NCBI GenBank assembly: GCA_963741775.1
Contig: CAVUJH010000015.1
Span: 18,742-82,741, forward strand
Direction: 5' to 3'
Length of the DNA stretch: 64,000 nt
Origin: an uncultured Flavobacteriaceae bacterium
Lineage (GTDB): Bacteria; Bacteroidota; Bacteroidia; Flavobacteriales; Flavobacteriaceae
Numbering within the stretch: the stretch's first letter is position 1; each line of letters opens with the position of its first letter. A program made the position numbers and the translations under genes. This document shows, piece by piece, positions 38,888 through 48,780 of the stretch. The notes beneath the pieces are model-generated. The model had not been told where the DNA came from. It saw only the letters and a program-made list of their open reading frames with translations, and made no database searches.

Positions 38888-40678
38888 GTGAGTTTTCATT
38901 CGAAAAGCACCCTAAATAAGCCCAGATTGGTCAGAAACCTGCGAAGAGTTTCTTTCTGGTTCAGCTTAATCGCCATTATTGTTCTTATTTTTGATATTGG
39001 CTTCACCCAGGATCCACAACTGGACCATTCCCTGAAGTTATTTTATTTTATCGCCCTTCTTTTCGGGATCCCCTCTATTTTGCTGCGATACATTGCTTCA
39101 GAAGAAAGGTTCAAGCTCAGCGTGCGTATTTTTGACAGCATTATCTTTTTGCTGTTCAGCCTGCTCATCCTTATAAACATAGATTTTATCAGGGAAAACC
39201 TGTCATTTCTGGCTTTTCTGAACCGTATGGGATGGGTCTACCTGGCCCTGTTCATCTATTTTATCCGGGAGTTTTCGGCGTTGAAGATAGATATGAAACA
39301 GGAGTATCTCAATCCGGCGCAGCTCTTCATTGTCAGTTTCATTCTCATCATCCTGATGGGAACAGCGCTGCTGCTGCTGCCCAATGCCACCCACACCGGT
39401 TTATCGCCGCTTGATGCCCTTTTCACTGCCACCAGTGCGGTTTGCGTTACCGGGCTTATCGTGGTGGACACCGGCAGCTATTTTACCCAATTTGGACAAA
39501 TCATTATCGTGACCCTTATCCAACTTGGAGGCCTGGGAATCATGACCTTTGCAAGTTATTTTAGTTATTTTTTCCGGGGCGGAAAATCTTCCTACGAAAA
39601 TCAGTTAATGCTGAAAGACATCACCAATTCAGACAAGTTGGGCGAGGTTTTTAATGTGTTGAAGAAGATCGTGATGCTGACTTTTGCCATTGAAGCTATC
39701 GGAGCCATTTTTATCTATTTCAGCCTCGCCGATTCCCCTATTAAAGGCATTGGCAACAAAGTATTCTTTTCGATCTTCCACACGATCTCGGGCTTTTGTA
39801 ATGCCGGCTTTTCCACTTTACCCAACAGCCTTTATGAGCCCGGCTTCAAGTTCAATTATCCGTTGCAGCTCATCCTGGCGTTGCTGTTCATTCTTGGAGG
39901 ACTCGGATTTCCAATCATCCTGAACCTGTCAAAATTCCTGCGTTACGCCTTGCGCAACCGCATTCTAAAACTACGGGATCCACATAAATACGCCCATGCA
40001 CCGTGGGTGATCAACCTGAATTCCAGAATTGTGCTTTTTACGACTTCAGCCTTGCTGATATTTGGAACGCTGCTCTTCTATGTTTTTGAGTATAACAATA
40101 CCCTGGCCGAGCACAGTGGCTTCGGAAAACTGGTCGTGGCCTTTTTTGGTGCCGCTACGCCAAGGACCGCCGGTTTCAATTCGGTAGATATGGCGCAGCT
40201 GAACTTTTCAACCATTATGATCCTGTTTCTGCTGATGTGGATTGGAGCCTCCCCGGCATCTACCGGTGGTGGTATCAAAACCAGTACCTTTGCAATCGCC
40301 ACGCTGAATTTCTTCAGCCTTGCCCGCGGAAAAGACCGGGTGGAAGCCTATAATCGTGAAATTGCCGATATCTCTATACGTCGCGCCTTTGCCCTTATTG
40401 GCCTTTCGCTAATGGTAATCGGGACCGCGGTATTCCTTATCGCCTCCTTCGACAGCGAGAAGAGCCTCCTCAGCATCGCCTTCGAATGTTTTTCAGCCTA
40501 CAGTACAGTTGGGCTCAGCGTGGGAATCACGGCGAGTTTGAGCGCTCCGGCAAAAGTGGTGATCATCTGTACCATGTTCATTGGCCGTGTTAGTATGCTT
40601 ACCATCCTTATCGCTATGCTGCGCAGGGTGAAACACCTGAATTATAAATATCCGAAAGAAGAAATTCTTATCAACTAA
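38888..40678 (+). CDS. TrkH/KtrB potassium uptake membrane subunit with extra N-terminal TM region
   Basis: SAVCVTGL, SGFCNAGF, PRTAGF, STGGGIK, SAYSTVGLS. Confidence 0.92.
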   Translation: MSFHSKSTLNKPRLVRNLRRVSFWFSLIAIIVLIFDIGFTQDPQLDHSLKLFYFIALLFGIPSILLRYIASEERFKLSVRIFDSIIFLLFSLLILINIDFIRENLSFLAFLNRMGWVYLALFIYFIREFSALKIDMKQEYLNPAQLFIVSFILIILMGTALLLLPNATHTGLSPLDALFTATSAVCVTGLIVVDTGSYFTQFGQIIIVTLIQLGGLGIMTFASYFSYFFRGGKSSYENQLMLKDITNSDKLGEVFNVLKKIVMLTFAIEAIGAIFIYFSLADSPIKGIGNKVFFSIFHTISGFCNAGFSTLPNSLYEPGFKFNYPLQLILALLFILGGLGFPIILNLSKFLRYALRNRILKLRDPHKYAHAPWVINLNSRIVLFTTSALLIFGTLLFYVFEYNNTLAEHSGFGKLVVAFFGAATPRTAGFNSVDMAQLNFSTIMILFLLMWIGASPASTGGGIKTSTFAIATLNFFSLARGKDRVEAYNREIADISIRRAFALIGLSLMVIGTAVFLIASFDSEKSLLSIAFECFSAYSTVGLSVGITASLSAPAKVVIICTMFIGRVSMLTILIAMLRRVKHLNYKYPKEEILIN

Positions 40679-40692
40679 GAAATACTTGTATT

Positions 40693-41400
40693 ATGAAATA
40701 TATCATCATTGGGCTTGGTAATTTTGGAGCATCTTTAGCTGAAAAACTCACCGAAATGGGGAATGAGGTTTTTGGCGTCGATGTTAAAATGAGCCGCGTA
40801 GAAAGTATTAAAGACAAGATCACGCACGCTGTAAATCTCGATGCTACCGATCTTGCAGCTGTTTCGAACCTGCCGCTGAAGGAAACTGACGTGGTCGTGG
40901 TTGGAATTGGCGAAGACAAAGGAGCAAACATCATGGCTACCGCGCTCATGAAACAGCTCAACGTAAAACGGCTCATCAGTCGGGCGGTATCCCCGCTGCA
41001 GGAAACTGTACTCGAGGCGATGGGGCTTGAAGAAATAATCCATCCGGAAGAAGAAACTGCCGAACGCTGGTCGAAAAAGCTGAATCTCACCGGAGTGGTA
41101 GATTCCTTTGAGCTAAGCGGCGACTTCAGTATCGTAGAAACCACTATTCCTGAAGAATACGACGGGAAGACCCTGGAGGAACTCAGCCTTAAGCGCAAGT
41201 ATAATGTGATCCTGCTCACCACGATAAAGGTAGCAAGCGAAAAGAACGAGATTGGTGCGCTTAAGCCTGTGTCGCATGTTCAGGGCGTTGCTTCAGCCAA
41301 AACGGTTCTTCACAAAGATGATCTTATGGTAGTTTACGGCCATAACAAAGAGATCAAAAGGCTGCTGAAAGATCAGCAAAAGATGAGAGAACGGCTTTAA
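40693..41400 (+). CDS. KtrA/TrkA RCK regulatory subunit
   Basis: IIGLGNFG, IIHPEEE, RCK_C domain. Confidence 0.92.
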   Translation: MKYIIIGLGNFGASLAEKLTEMGNEVFGVDVKMSRVESIKDKITHAVNLDATDLAAVSNLPLKETDVVVVGIGEDKGANIMATALMKQLNVKRLISRAVSPLQETVLEAMGLEEIIHPEEETAERWSKKLNLTGVVDSFELSGDFSIVETTIPEEYDGKTLEELSLKRKYNVILLTTIKVASEKNEIGALKPVSHVQGVASAKTVLHKDDLMVVYGHNKEIKRLLKDQQKMRERL

Positions 41401-41402
41401 AT

Positions 41403-41738
41403 TCAGCTGATTCTCAGGCCATTTTTCACCTCTTGCCCCGGCTGCAGGAGCACCACATCATTTTCCTGATCTACCGCTCCCAGCACCAGACATTCGCTCA
41501 TGAAATTGGCGATCTGTTTCTTCGGAAAATTCACCACCGCCACCACCTGCCGGCCGGCAAGGTCCTCTTTTTTATATCGATGGGTAAGCTGTGCGGAAGT
41601 CTTCCGCAGCCCGATCTCTTCCCCAAAATCGATGATAAGCTGATAGGCCGGTTTCCGGGCTTCAGGAAAATCCTTCACTTCAGTTATTGTACCTACCCGC
41701 ATTTCGACCTTCTCGAAATCATTCCAGCTTAGTTCCAT
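41403..41738 (-). CDS. csaA: tRNA-binding/export chaperone CsaA
   Basis: DFEKVEMRVG, ARKPAY, VVNFPKKQI...SECLVLG. Confidence 0.9.
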   Translation of the reverse strand: MELSWNDFEKVEMRVGTITEVKDFPEARKPAYQLIIDFGEEIGLRKTSAQLTHRYKKEDLAGRQVVAVVNFPKKQIANFMSECLVLGAVDQENDVVLLQPGQEVKNGLRIS

Positions 41739-41803
41739 TTCTTCTTTTCAATCAAAATTACTAAAAAGCAGTCATTCTTTGTCACCTTAGATAAAAAGCA
41801 AAA

Positions 41804-42016
41804 ATGGCACAGATAGCTTCCAAAATGATCCCGTTAGGAACAAAGGCAGCAGATTTTGAACTTCCGGACGTAATCAGCAAAAATCTTTACAATCTTCAGG
41901 ATATACGCGGTAAAAAGGGAACCGTACTCATGTTGATTTGCAATCACTGCTCCTTTGTAAAGCATGTGAAACAGGAGATCATCGGCTGTGGAATCAAATG
42001 GAAGGAAAATTCTTAA
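41804..42016 (+). pseudogene. Internally deleted AhpC/TSA (Prx-like) thioredoxin-family gene
   Basis: N-terminus ..ICNHCSFVKHV joined in frame to the family C-terminus IGCGIKWK; 70 aa versus about 185 aa typical. Confidence 0.7.
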
Positions 42017-42122
42017 GGGAAATCAGTTAATTTTATATTAAAACATTATATCCCTATTGGTTTAGTGGGTTTTGCGAGCATATATTCTTTAATTTTAGTC
42101 ATAATTTCAAAATACTATCATT

Positions 42123-42758
42123 ATGAGTACGTTACAATTAGGAGATAAAGCACCGAACTTCGATGCGGAAACTTCAGAAGGAAAGATCAATTTTTATGAC
42201 TACCTGGGAGACAGCTGGGGAATATTGTTCTCTCACCCCGCCGATTACACTCCGGTTTGCACCACAGAATTGGGCACGGTAGCCAAGTATAAGGACAAAT
42301 TCGACAAGCGCAATGTTAAGATGATGGCCCTTAGCGTTGATGGCCTGAAATCTCACAAGGGCTGGATCGACGATATTAACGAAACTCAGCATACCACGGT
42401 GAATTTCCCAATTATTGCCGATGAAGATAAAAAAGTCTCTGATCTCTACGGAATGATCCATCCAAAGGCCGATAATACCCTTACCGTACGTTCGGTTTAT
42501 GTGATCGCGCCCGATAAGACCATCAGGCTGATGATCACTTATCCTGCCAGTACCGGAAGGAATTTTGACGAGCTCTTAAGGGTGGTAGATTCGCTTCAGC
42601 TTACAGAAGATAAGAAAGTAGCGACCCCGGCCAACTGGAAACAGGGCGAAGATGTGGTAATAAGCCCTTCTATTTCTAACGAGGAAGCCAAAAAGATGTT
42701 CCCTAAAGGCTTTAAGGAAGTGAAGCCTTACCTGAGATTGACTCCTCAACCGGAATAA
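42123..42758 (+). CDS. 1-Cys peroxiredoxin (Prx6)
   Basis: FSHPADYTPVCTTE, YPASTGRN, ATPANW. Confidence 0.95.
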   Translation: MSTLQLGDKAPNFDAETSEGKINFYDYLGDSWGILFSHPADYTPVCTTELGTVAKYKDKFDKRNVKMMALSVDGLKSHKGWIDDINETQHTTVNFPIIADEDKKVSDLYGMIHPKADNTLTVRSVYVIAPDKTIRLMITYPASTGRNFDELLRVVDSLQLTEDKKVATPANWKQGEDVVISPSISNEEAKKMFPKGFKEVKPYLRLTPQPE

Positions 42759-42769
42759 CTTAAGTACAG

Positions 42770-42890
42770 AAAAGGCTTGTTTCTTATTGATTCGTCCAGC
42801 TGTCCCTAAAAACAGGGATCATTTCAGCTTCTCATGTTGAGATCCTGAAACAAGTTCAGGATGACGATTTCATCAGGAAACAAGCCTTTT
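42770..42890. repeat. CGTC-REP doublet inside outer inverted repeats (left REP disrupted)
   Basis: AAAAGGCTTGTTTC..GAAACAAGCCTTTT; right REP AGATCCTGAAACAAGTTCAGGATGACG. Confidence 0.75.
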
Positions 42891-42895
42891 TTATA

Positions 42896-43828
42896 TTATT
42901 TTACTGATACCAGCTCTACATCAAAGACAAGCGTGGCATTAGGTGGAATTACCCCTGCAGCACCGCGTTCTCCGTAGCCCAGATGCGGCGGAATTACAAA
43001 TCGGGCATGATCGCCCACTTTGAGCAACTGTATACCTTCATCCCACCCGGAGATCACTTGTCCTACTCCCAGCGCAAATTCTATCGGCTGGTTTCTTTTA
43101 TAGGAAGAATCGAAAACAGTCCCGTCAGTGAGCATTCCTTTGTAGTGCACGGCCACCGTTTTTCCTTTTTCAGCCTTCTCGCCTTCTCCTTGTTGTTCTA
43201 CTTTATACCGCAGTCCGCTTTTGGTAACATCAAAACCCTGAGAAAGTTTGCCCAGCAATTCTTCCTGTTGTTTTTTTGCAGCCGCCTCACGTTCTTCTTT
43301 AGCACCGTTGAACTGTCTGAAAGACTCTACGGCATTGAAATTTTCAGCTTTTTCACCTTCCCGGATAATCTCCAGTTTCTCAATTTTATCTCCCTGCTCA
43401 ATGGCATCTACCACATCCTGTCCTTCCACTACACTGCCAAAAACCGTATGTTTTCCGTCGAGCCATGGAGTCTCCACATGGGTAATAAAGAACTGGCTCC
43501 CGTTGGTTCCGGGACCTGCATTTGCCATTGACAACTTTCCGGGCGCATCGTGCTTGAGATCAGGATGGATCTCATCATCAAATTTATATCCCGGGCCACC
43601 GACTCCTGTTCCTTTAGGATCACCTCCCTGAACCATGAATTCGGGAATAACTCTGTGGAATGTAAGTCCGTCATAATAAGGTTTTCCCTGTGGCAGTACT
43701 TCATTCTCGAGCTTGCCTTCAGCAAGGCCCACGAAATTCCCCACAGTTCCCGGCGCCTTTTCGTATTCTAATTCTACTAAAATATCACCCTTAGTAGTGT
43801 GAAATTTGGCATATAATCCGTCGTTCAT
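42896..43828 (-). CDS. Cyclophilin-FKBP dual peptidyl-prolyl isomerase
   Basis: [26 protein letters not shown]; [30 protein letters not shown]. Confidence 0.95.
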   Translation of the reverse strand: MNDGLYAKFHTTKGDILVELEYEKAPGTVGNFVGLAEGKLENEVLPQGKPYYDGLTFHRVIPEFMVQGGDPKGTGVGGPGYKFDDEIHPDLKHDAPGKLSMANAGPGTNGSQFFITHVETPWLDGKHTVFGSVVEGQDVVDAIEQGDKIEKLEIIREGEKAENFNAVESFRQFNGAKEEREAAAKKQQEELLGKLSQGFDVTKSGLRYKVEQQGEGEKAEKGKTVAVHYKGMLTDGTVFDSSYKRNQPIEFALGVGQVISGWDEGIQLLKVGDHARFVIPPHLGYGERGAAGVIPPNATLVFDVELVSVK

Positions 43829-43900
43829 TTTTGTTTGGTTTTATTGAAAAGCAAAGATACTTTTTTTTGTCACTTATCGGAATTTACAAAATCAGGAAGA

Positions 43901-45535
43901 TCATTCGCCGTAGACCTTTTCCCCGTTCACATAAGTTCCCAGCACTTTTACTGAAGGAATCTCCTTTTCGTCAATTTTCATGATATCCTGGTCGAGGATC
44001 ACGAAGTCGGCAAATTTCCCGGGCTCAATACTTCCTTTTTCATTTTCTTCAAAATTGCTGAAAGCAGCCCAGATGGTCATCCCTTTCAAGGTTTCTTCCC
44101 GGCTCAACGCCTGTTCCTTCATGAATCCGCCTTCAGGATAATTATCGGTATCTTTCCGGGAAACAGCCGCATAGAAAGTTAGCAGCGGGCTCACCTTCTC
44201 CACAGGAAAATCGGTTCCCAAAGCTACAAGACCGGCCTGGTCCAGAAGGGTCTTATAGGCATAGGCTCCTTTCATTCTCTCGGCGCCAAGGCGATCTTCG
44301 GCCCAATACATATCGCTGGTGGCGTGGGTGGGCTGCACCGAAGGAATAATATTTTTGCTGAAATAATGAAAATCATCAGGATCGATTACCTGCGCATGCT
44401 CCACTCTCCAGCGCCTGTTTTCTTTATTCTTCAGAAGCGAATCATAGGTCTTCAACACAAGGTAATTTGCTGAATCACCGATAGCATGCGTGTTCAGCTG
44501 GTATTCAGAATTGGCTACCCTGGCAGCGATTTTTTTGAAGTCTTCTATAGGAGAAAGCAAAGCACCAAAATGTCCCGGCCGGTCGCTGTATTCCTGCTTC
44601 AGGGCTGCTCCCCTCGAGCCAAGAGCTCCGTCGCTGTAGAATTTCACCGACCTTATATCCAGACGATCAGTCTTGATGGGCCCTTTTTCCAGGTAGTAAT
44701 CCAGATTAGAAGGCGTATTCCCCACCATCGCATAGATCCTGATCTTTAAGGCACCTGCCTTCTGGAGGCTATCCATTAGTTCGATCACATTGCGCATAAG
44801 CCCCGCATCATCAACGGTAGTAAGACCGTAGCTGAAACAGATCTGTTCTGCCTCCTGAAGAGCGTTTGCCTTGTCTTCCTGGCTTGCTTCAGGTTCGGCT
44901 TTTTCTATCAAAGACATAGGGTTATCGACAATGATACCGGTAAGTTTGCCGTTCTTCTGTTCAATATCTCCGCCTTCAAATTTGGTTTCTGTCGTTATTC
45001 CGGCCTTGTCCAGAGCCGCCTGGTTGGCAAGCAGCGCATGCCCGTCAATACGGGTAATGGCCACCGGAGTATCTGGAAACAGTTGGTCAAGAGTGTCCTT
45101 CACCGGGAACTCCTTGTTCTTCCAATCGTTCTGATCCCAACCTCTTCCGGTAATAAATTCAACATTTTTGTTTTTCTGAAATTCGGTGATTTTAGCGACC
45201 ACTTCAGCAAAGCTTTTCGTTCCGGTGAGATCCACCCGTTGCTGCTGCATTCCGAGGTTATAAAAATGAGCATGAGCATCGATAAAACCGGGATACACGC
45301 TCTTGCCGCCAGCATCTATAGTCTCCTTAGCATCATACTTCGTCCGGAGAGAATCAGAATTTCCTACCTCCAAAAAGTGGCCGTCTTTTACCACAAAGGC
45401 GTCGGCCTTTGAAAAACTACTATCTACAGTATAGACATTGGCGTGATAAACCAACAGATCGGCTTTCATGTTCTCTTCGGAATTGCAGGAAAAAAGCAAC
45501 AATATTGCGCTAAGGCTAAACAGGATTTTTTTCAT
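43901..45535 (-). CDS. Amidohydrolase_3 (YtcJ-like) lipoprotein
   Basis: PGFIDAHAH, DGALGSRGA, HAIGD, RVEHAQ, GTDFP. Confidence 0.9.
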   Translation of the reverse strand: MKKILFSLSAILLLFSCNSEENMKADLLVYHANVYTVDSSFSKADAFVVKDGHFLEVGNSDSLRTKYDAKETIDAGGKSVYPGFIDAHAHFYNLGMQQQRVDLTGTKSFAEVVAKITEFQKNKNVEFITGRGWDQNDWKNKEFPVKDTLDQLFPDTPVAITRIDGHALLANQAALDKAGITTETKFEGGDIEQKNGKLTGIIVDNPMSLIEKAEPEASQEDKANALQEAEQICFSYGLTTVDDAGLMRNVIELMDSLQKAGALKIRIYAMVGNTPSNLDYYLEKGPIKTDRLDIRSVKFYSDGALGSRGAALKQEYSDRPGHFGALLSPIEDFKKIAARVANSEYQLNTHAIGDSANYLVLKTYDSLLKNKENRRWRVEHAQVIDPDDFHYFSKNIIPSVQPTHATSDMYWAEDRLGAERMKGAYAYKTLLDQAGLVALGTDFPVEKVSPLLTFYAAVSRKDTDNYPEGGFMKEQALSREETLKGMTIWAAFSNFEENEKGSIEPGKFADFVILDQDIMKIDEKEIPSVKVLGTYVNGEKVYGE

Positions 45536-45560
45536 GGATATGATTTATTTCATAAAAATA

Positions 45561-45588
45561 AAAAATGCGCCCGAGAAAGGCGCATTTT
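45561..45588 (-). terminator. Intrinsic terminator
   Basis: AAAATGCGCC..GGCGCATTTT with a T-tail on the minus strand. Confidence 0.75.
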
Positions 45589-45611
45589 CAGAATATTTTA
45601 AAAAGGAAGAT

Positions 45612-46739
45612 TTAGCTGCCGGTAAGCGCACCAATCACAGCCTCCCTTATACTTTGGTTAGCAGCTGCTGCCAGCGCTACCGATACAAACAGCCCGATCA
45701 TCGCATAGGAGAAATCTTTAAAGATCATTCTTCCGGCTTTCTTGCGATGTTTCTTTCCTTTCTTAGTTCTGGCAAGGCTAATAGCTATTTCGCGACCGCC
45801 GATAACGCCAAGGAACACCCAGGTGGTACTCATAGGGACGGTACTGATAAAAAGCTTGTAAATAAGCAAAACCACATAAGTAAGGTCAATGAGCGTTGCA
45901 GCACGAATATCTGAGATACGCGCTTTTTCACTTACTACCTTTTGAATTTTATCCCCGCGCAGGTAGAAAAGTATTCCGAGTCCCATAAAGATGGTGATAG
46001 AGTAAATCGCAAACTGAAGAATATCCAGTCTCCTTGGCAGGAATACGGCGATGTTGGCGCCATCCTGCATTACCCAAACTGCCCAGAGCGAACCGCTCAC
46101 GATCCACTGAGCCAGAGTCCATCCCCTGTGGAATTTTCGGCTTTTGAAGTATTTTTTTATAAAGTTATAGGAAAGGTACCAAACCAGGAACGACAGGATA
46201 AATGCCAGGATATAACCAGTCCAACTCTTCCACACCACCGAGGTGATTCCTGAAGTATCTGCACTAAAAACACTGAGCAGCAGGAAAGTTGTGGAAACCG
46301 GCATTCTCAGTCTCGTTAGAATAAGCAGGATCAATGGTGCAATGATCTGGAAGAAACTGAAATGTTTCGGATGTGGATAATTCGTGCTGCCATCGGGGTT
46401 GAGCAAACGCTGATAGGTCACATCTCCATTGAAATACCACCAACTGAAGGCTACGGTAACCAAAAAGATCCCACCAACGAACAGCCACAGGGTCCACCAT
46501 TTCTTGTTCCTGTTACTTTCGATAAAGGTACCCAACGATTGAATACTGTCGTTGGCGACGGTGGCATAGGCGGCAAAAAAGAAGCCGAGCCACATGGCAC
46601 CTTCGCGATATCCGGTCATAATTCCGGCTAAAATGATCCCGATTATTACAATAGCCAGGAATGTTTTTTCCTGCACCAGGAAGTCAAGAATGTTCAAGTA
46701 GGGGCGGTCTCTATTAACGCGCCTGAATTTCTTTGCCAT
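45612..46739 (-). CDS. Polytopic membrane protein, divergent PiT (phosphate/sulfate) transporter-like
   Basis: Duplicated halves: VANDS..MPVSTT and MQDGAN..VPMSTT. Confidence 0.6.
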   Translation of the reverse strand: MAKKFRRVNRDRPYLNILDFLVQEKTFLAIVIIGIILAGIMTGYREGAMWLGFFFAAYATVANDSIQSLGTFIESNRNKKWWTLWLFVGGIFLVTVAFSWWYFNGDVTYQRLLNPDGSTNYPHPKHFSFFQIIAPLILLILTRLRMPVSTTFLLLSVFSADTSGITSVVWKSWTGYILAFILSFLVWYLSYNFIKKYFKSRKFHRGWTLAQWIVSGSLWAVWVMQDGANIAVFLPRRLDILQFAIYSITIFMGLGILFYLRGDKIQKVVSEKARISDIRAATLIDLTYVVLLIYKLFISTVPMSTTWVFLGVIGGREIAISLARTKKGKKHRKKAGRMIFKDFSYAMIGLFVSVALAAAANQSIREAVIGALTGS

Positions 46740-46966
46740 TTATAAGCTGTAAATAAGGTTCAAAAAAAGAACTTCAAAATCCGGAAGTTCCCCGGTAAAT
46801 TTCGGCCCACAATATTACTTCAATTAATTATTATACGGGCCATTTACATGTTTTCTTAATGTTAATTAATTCCGCAGAAAAGCTGGCGATATATTCATAA
46901 TCAAGAAAATACAGAAACCAAAAATATGAAAATGAATTTCTGCGGCAAAGGCTGTTCTTCAAAAAG

Positions 46967-46994
46967 AAAAAAGCATCCGGAAAGGATGCTTTTT
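46967..46994 (-). terminator. Intrinsic terminator
   Basis: AAAAAAGCATCC-GGAAA-GGATGCTTTTT. Confidence 0.8.
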
Positions 46995-47019
46995 GATGTT
47001 TTATTGGTTCTTTAAAGGA

Positions 47020-48753
47020 TCAGAAATCGAATTTATAAGTAGCCCCGGCTAACACCTGAATTCCCTGTACCTGGAAATTGGTCCATTTCTCATAATCATT
47101 GTTCAGCAGGTTATTGCCTTTCAGAAAAATTGAAAGCTGCTCGTTGAAACGGTATCCTAAATGAGCATTGAGGTCAAAATAGCTGTCGAGGGTAACGAGC
47201 TGAGGTTCCTGGGCATCTAAGGTGTCCAGACCAACTATAGCATTCATGTCTTTTCTCTCTCCCACAAAGTAAATATTCCCACCTGTGTACCATTTCTCAG
47301 TGATCTGATAATCGGCGTTCAAAGAAGCCTTGATATTGGGCAAATTCCATGCTTCTCTCTGCACACCCATGGAATAGCTGAAATATTCAGCATTTATGCC
47401 TAATCTGAAATCACGGTTCACATCCACATTCAGCTCTCCCGAAAAAGAAAGCGTTTGCATATCGTCATAGACCACCCCAAAGGAATTTCCGTGGGTATAA
47501 TCTTTATTTACCACAGTGGCAGCATAGGGATTGTGCTGGAATAAAGCTTTGTTGACGTCTGATTCATATCCAACCTTCAGGTTATAGGAAACCGCATTAC
47601 TAAGCTTTCCTTTGGCTCCCACATAGGCATTGTATTCCTCATCGGTAGGCATAACATCAAGCGTGGGGGACACATACGGATTTTGTTCTATAAAGTTATA
47701 ATAGGTATTCTGCTTCAGCTTTCCTTCCACCCCGGCATAAGGAATAAAGTAGTCGCCGGCCAGCCTGTAGCTCGCGGTAACCTGCGGATAGAAATAGAAT
47801 TTACTGTTGCTGTTCTCGGTATCAAGGCTGTAGAAAAGAGACACGCCAAGATTCAGCGTAAGATCATCGCGAAGGATCAGCAAACTTGGATTAACGCCGA
47901 AATTGAGAAAAGTATACTGCGGAGCCGCCGTCCCGCCAAGATAGGAACGGTCAAAGGAACCATTCACAAGATCGGCGGTAAGATTGGTGGTAATGAGCTC
48001 ATCGGCGATGTTCACCTCAAACACAGCGTTAGCATCGAAGTGGTTTTCCGAAGAACTGTAGGAGTCACCGGTATGCGTAAACTTTGCCTTGGCGTGGTCG
48101 AAGAAAGAATCATAAAGCTCTATTTCCCCGCCGGCATAGACCGAAAAGTAATTTTGCTGCGGATCGATCGAAAAGATCTCCTCATCATTCAGTCCATCAG
48201 GAACACCATACCAGTTAAAGAGTTTGTGCTCCCCTCCTACCTCGGTTTTCCAGCCAAGATCGCGGTTTTTGGAATTATAGCTAAGATTCAATTCTGTATC
48301 GTAGTATTTATCATCAAGCTTTACGCCGTCAATTCCGCCCTGAGACGAATTATGGGTCAGGAAAATTCCGAAGTTATCGGTGCGGTTCACCTCAAGATTG
48401 CTGTAGAATTCGGCTAAAGCCCGGGTGTAATTTCCGAAGCCAAGAGTGGCGTAATTATCATATACCTTCTCGCGCCTCTGCCGCTCCACATTGGTGGCCC
48501 TCCCTTTGGCAGGAGTAAAAGTGGAAGCTACAGGCACCGAAAAAATACTGTATTTCACAGGTTTTTTCTGTAGTGTCACAGAGTCGGCTTTCTCAGGCAT
48601 TTCCTGAATCTTGTTGGCATCACCTACCGACGGTGTATAAGGCTTCACCACCGTCACGGTCTCGCTCCCGAGGGGATTTTTCTGGGCAAAAAGAACACCG
48701 CTCATTAAAAACAGACTTAAAAACAGGCATCGTTCTATTGAAACAATTCTCAT
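47020..48753 (-). CDS. Outer-membrane beta-barrel protein (TonB-receptor-like barrel)
   Basis: Signal peptide, VTVVKPYTP, NNLLN..Y, terminal YKFDF. Confidence 0.75.
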   Translation of the reverse strand: MRIVSIERCLFLSLFLMSGVLFAQKNPLGSETVTVVKPYTPSVGDANKIQEMPEKADSVTLQKKPVKYSIFSVPVASTFTPAKGRATNVERQRREKVYDNYATLGFGNYTRALAEFYSNLEVNRTDNFGIFLTHNSSQGGIDGVKLDDKYYDTELNLSYNSKNRDLGWKTEVGGEHKLFNWYGVPDGLNDEEIFSIDPQQNYFSVYAGGEIELYDSFFDHAKAKFTHTGDSYSSSENHFDANAVFEVNIADELITTNLTADLVNGSFDRSYLGGTAAPQYTFLNFGVNPSLLILRDDLTLNLGVSLFYSLDTENSNSKFYFYPQVTASYRLAGDYFIPYAGVEGKLKQNTYYNFIEQNPYVSPTLDVMPTDEEYNAYVGAKGKLSNAVSYNLKVGYESDVNKALFQHNPYAATVVNKDYTHGNSFGVVYDDMQTLSFSGELNVDVNRDFRLGINAEYFSYSMGVQREAWNLPNIKASLNADYQITEKWYTGGNIYFVGERKDMNAIVGLDTLDAQEPQLVTLDSYFDLNAHLGYRFNEQLSIFLKGNNLLNNDYEKWTNFQVQGIQVLAGATYKFDF

Positions 48754-48780
48754 ATAGGAGTTCTTAGATTATGGGTTAGT

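Noticed and set aside
38561-38899. 112-aa minus-strand ORF, or a cobalamin riboswitch/SRP RNA on the minus strand
   Set aside because: The ORF has no family features. GGGAAGTCCGGT resembles a B12 element, but the downstream conserved boxes and a regulated gene are missing. The SRP motifs are in the wrong order.
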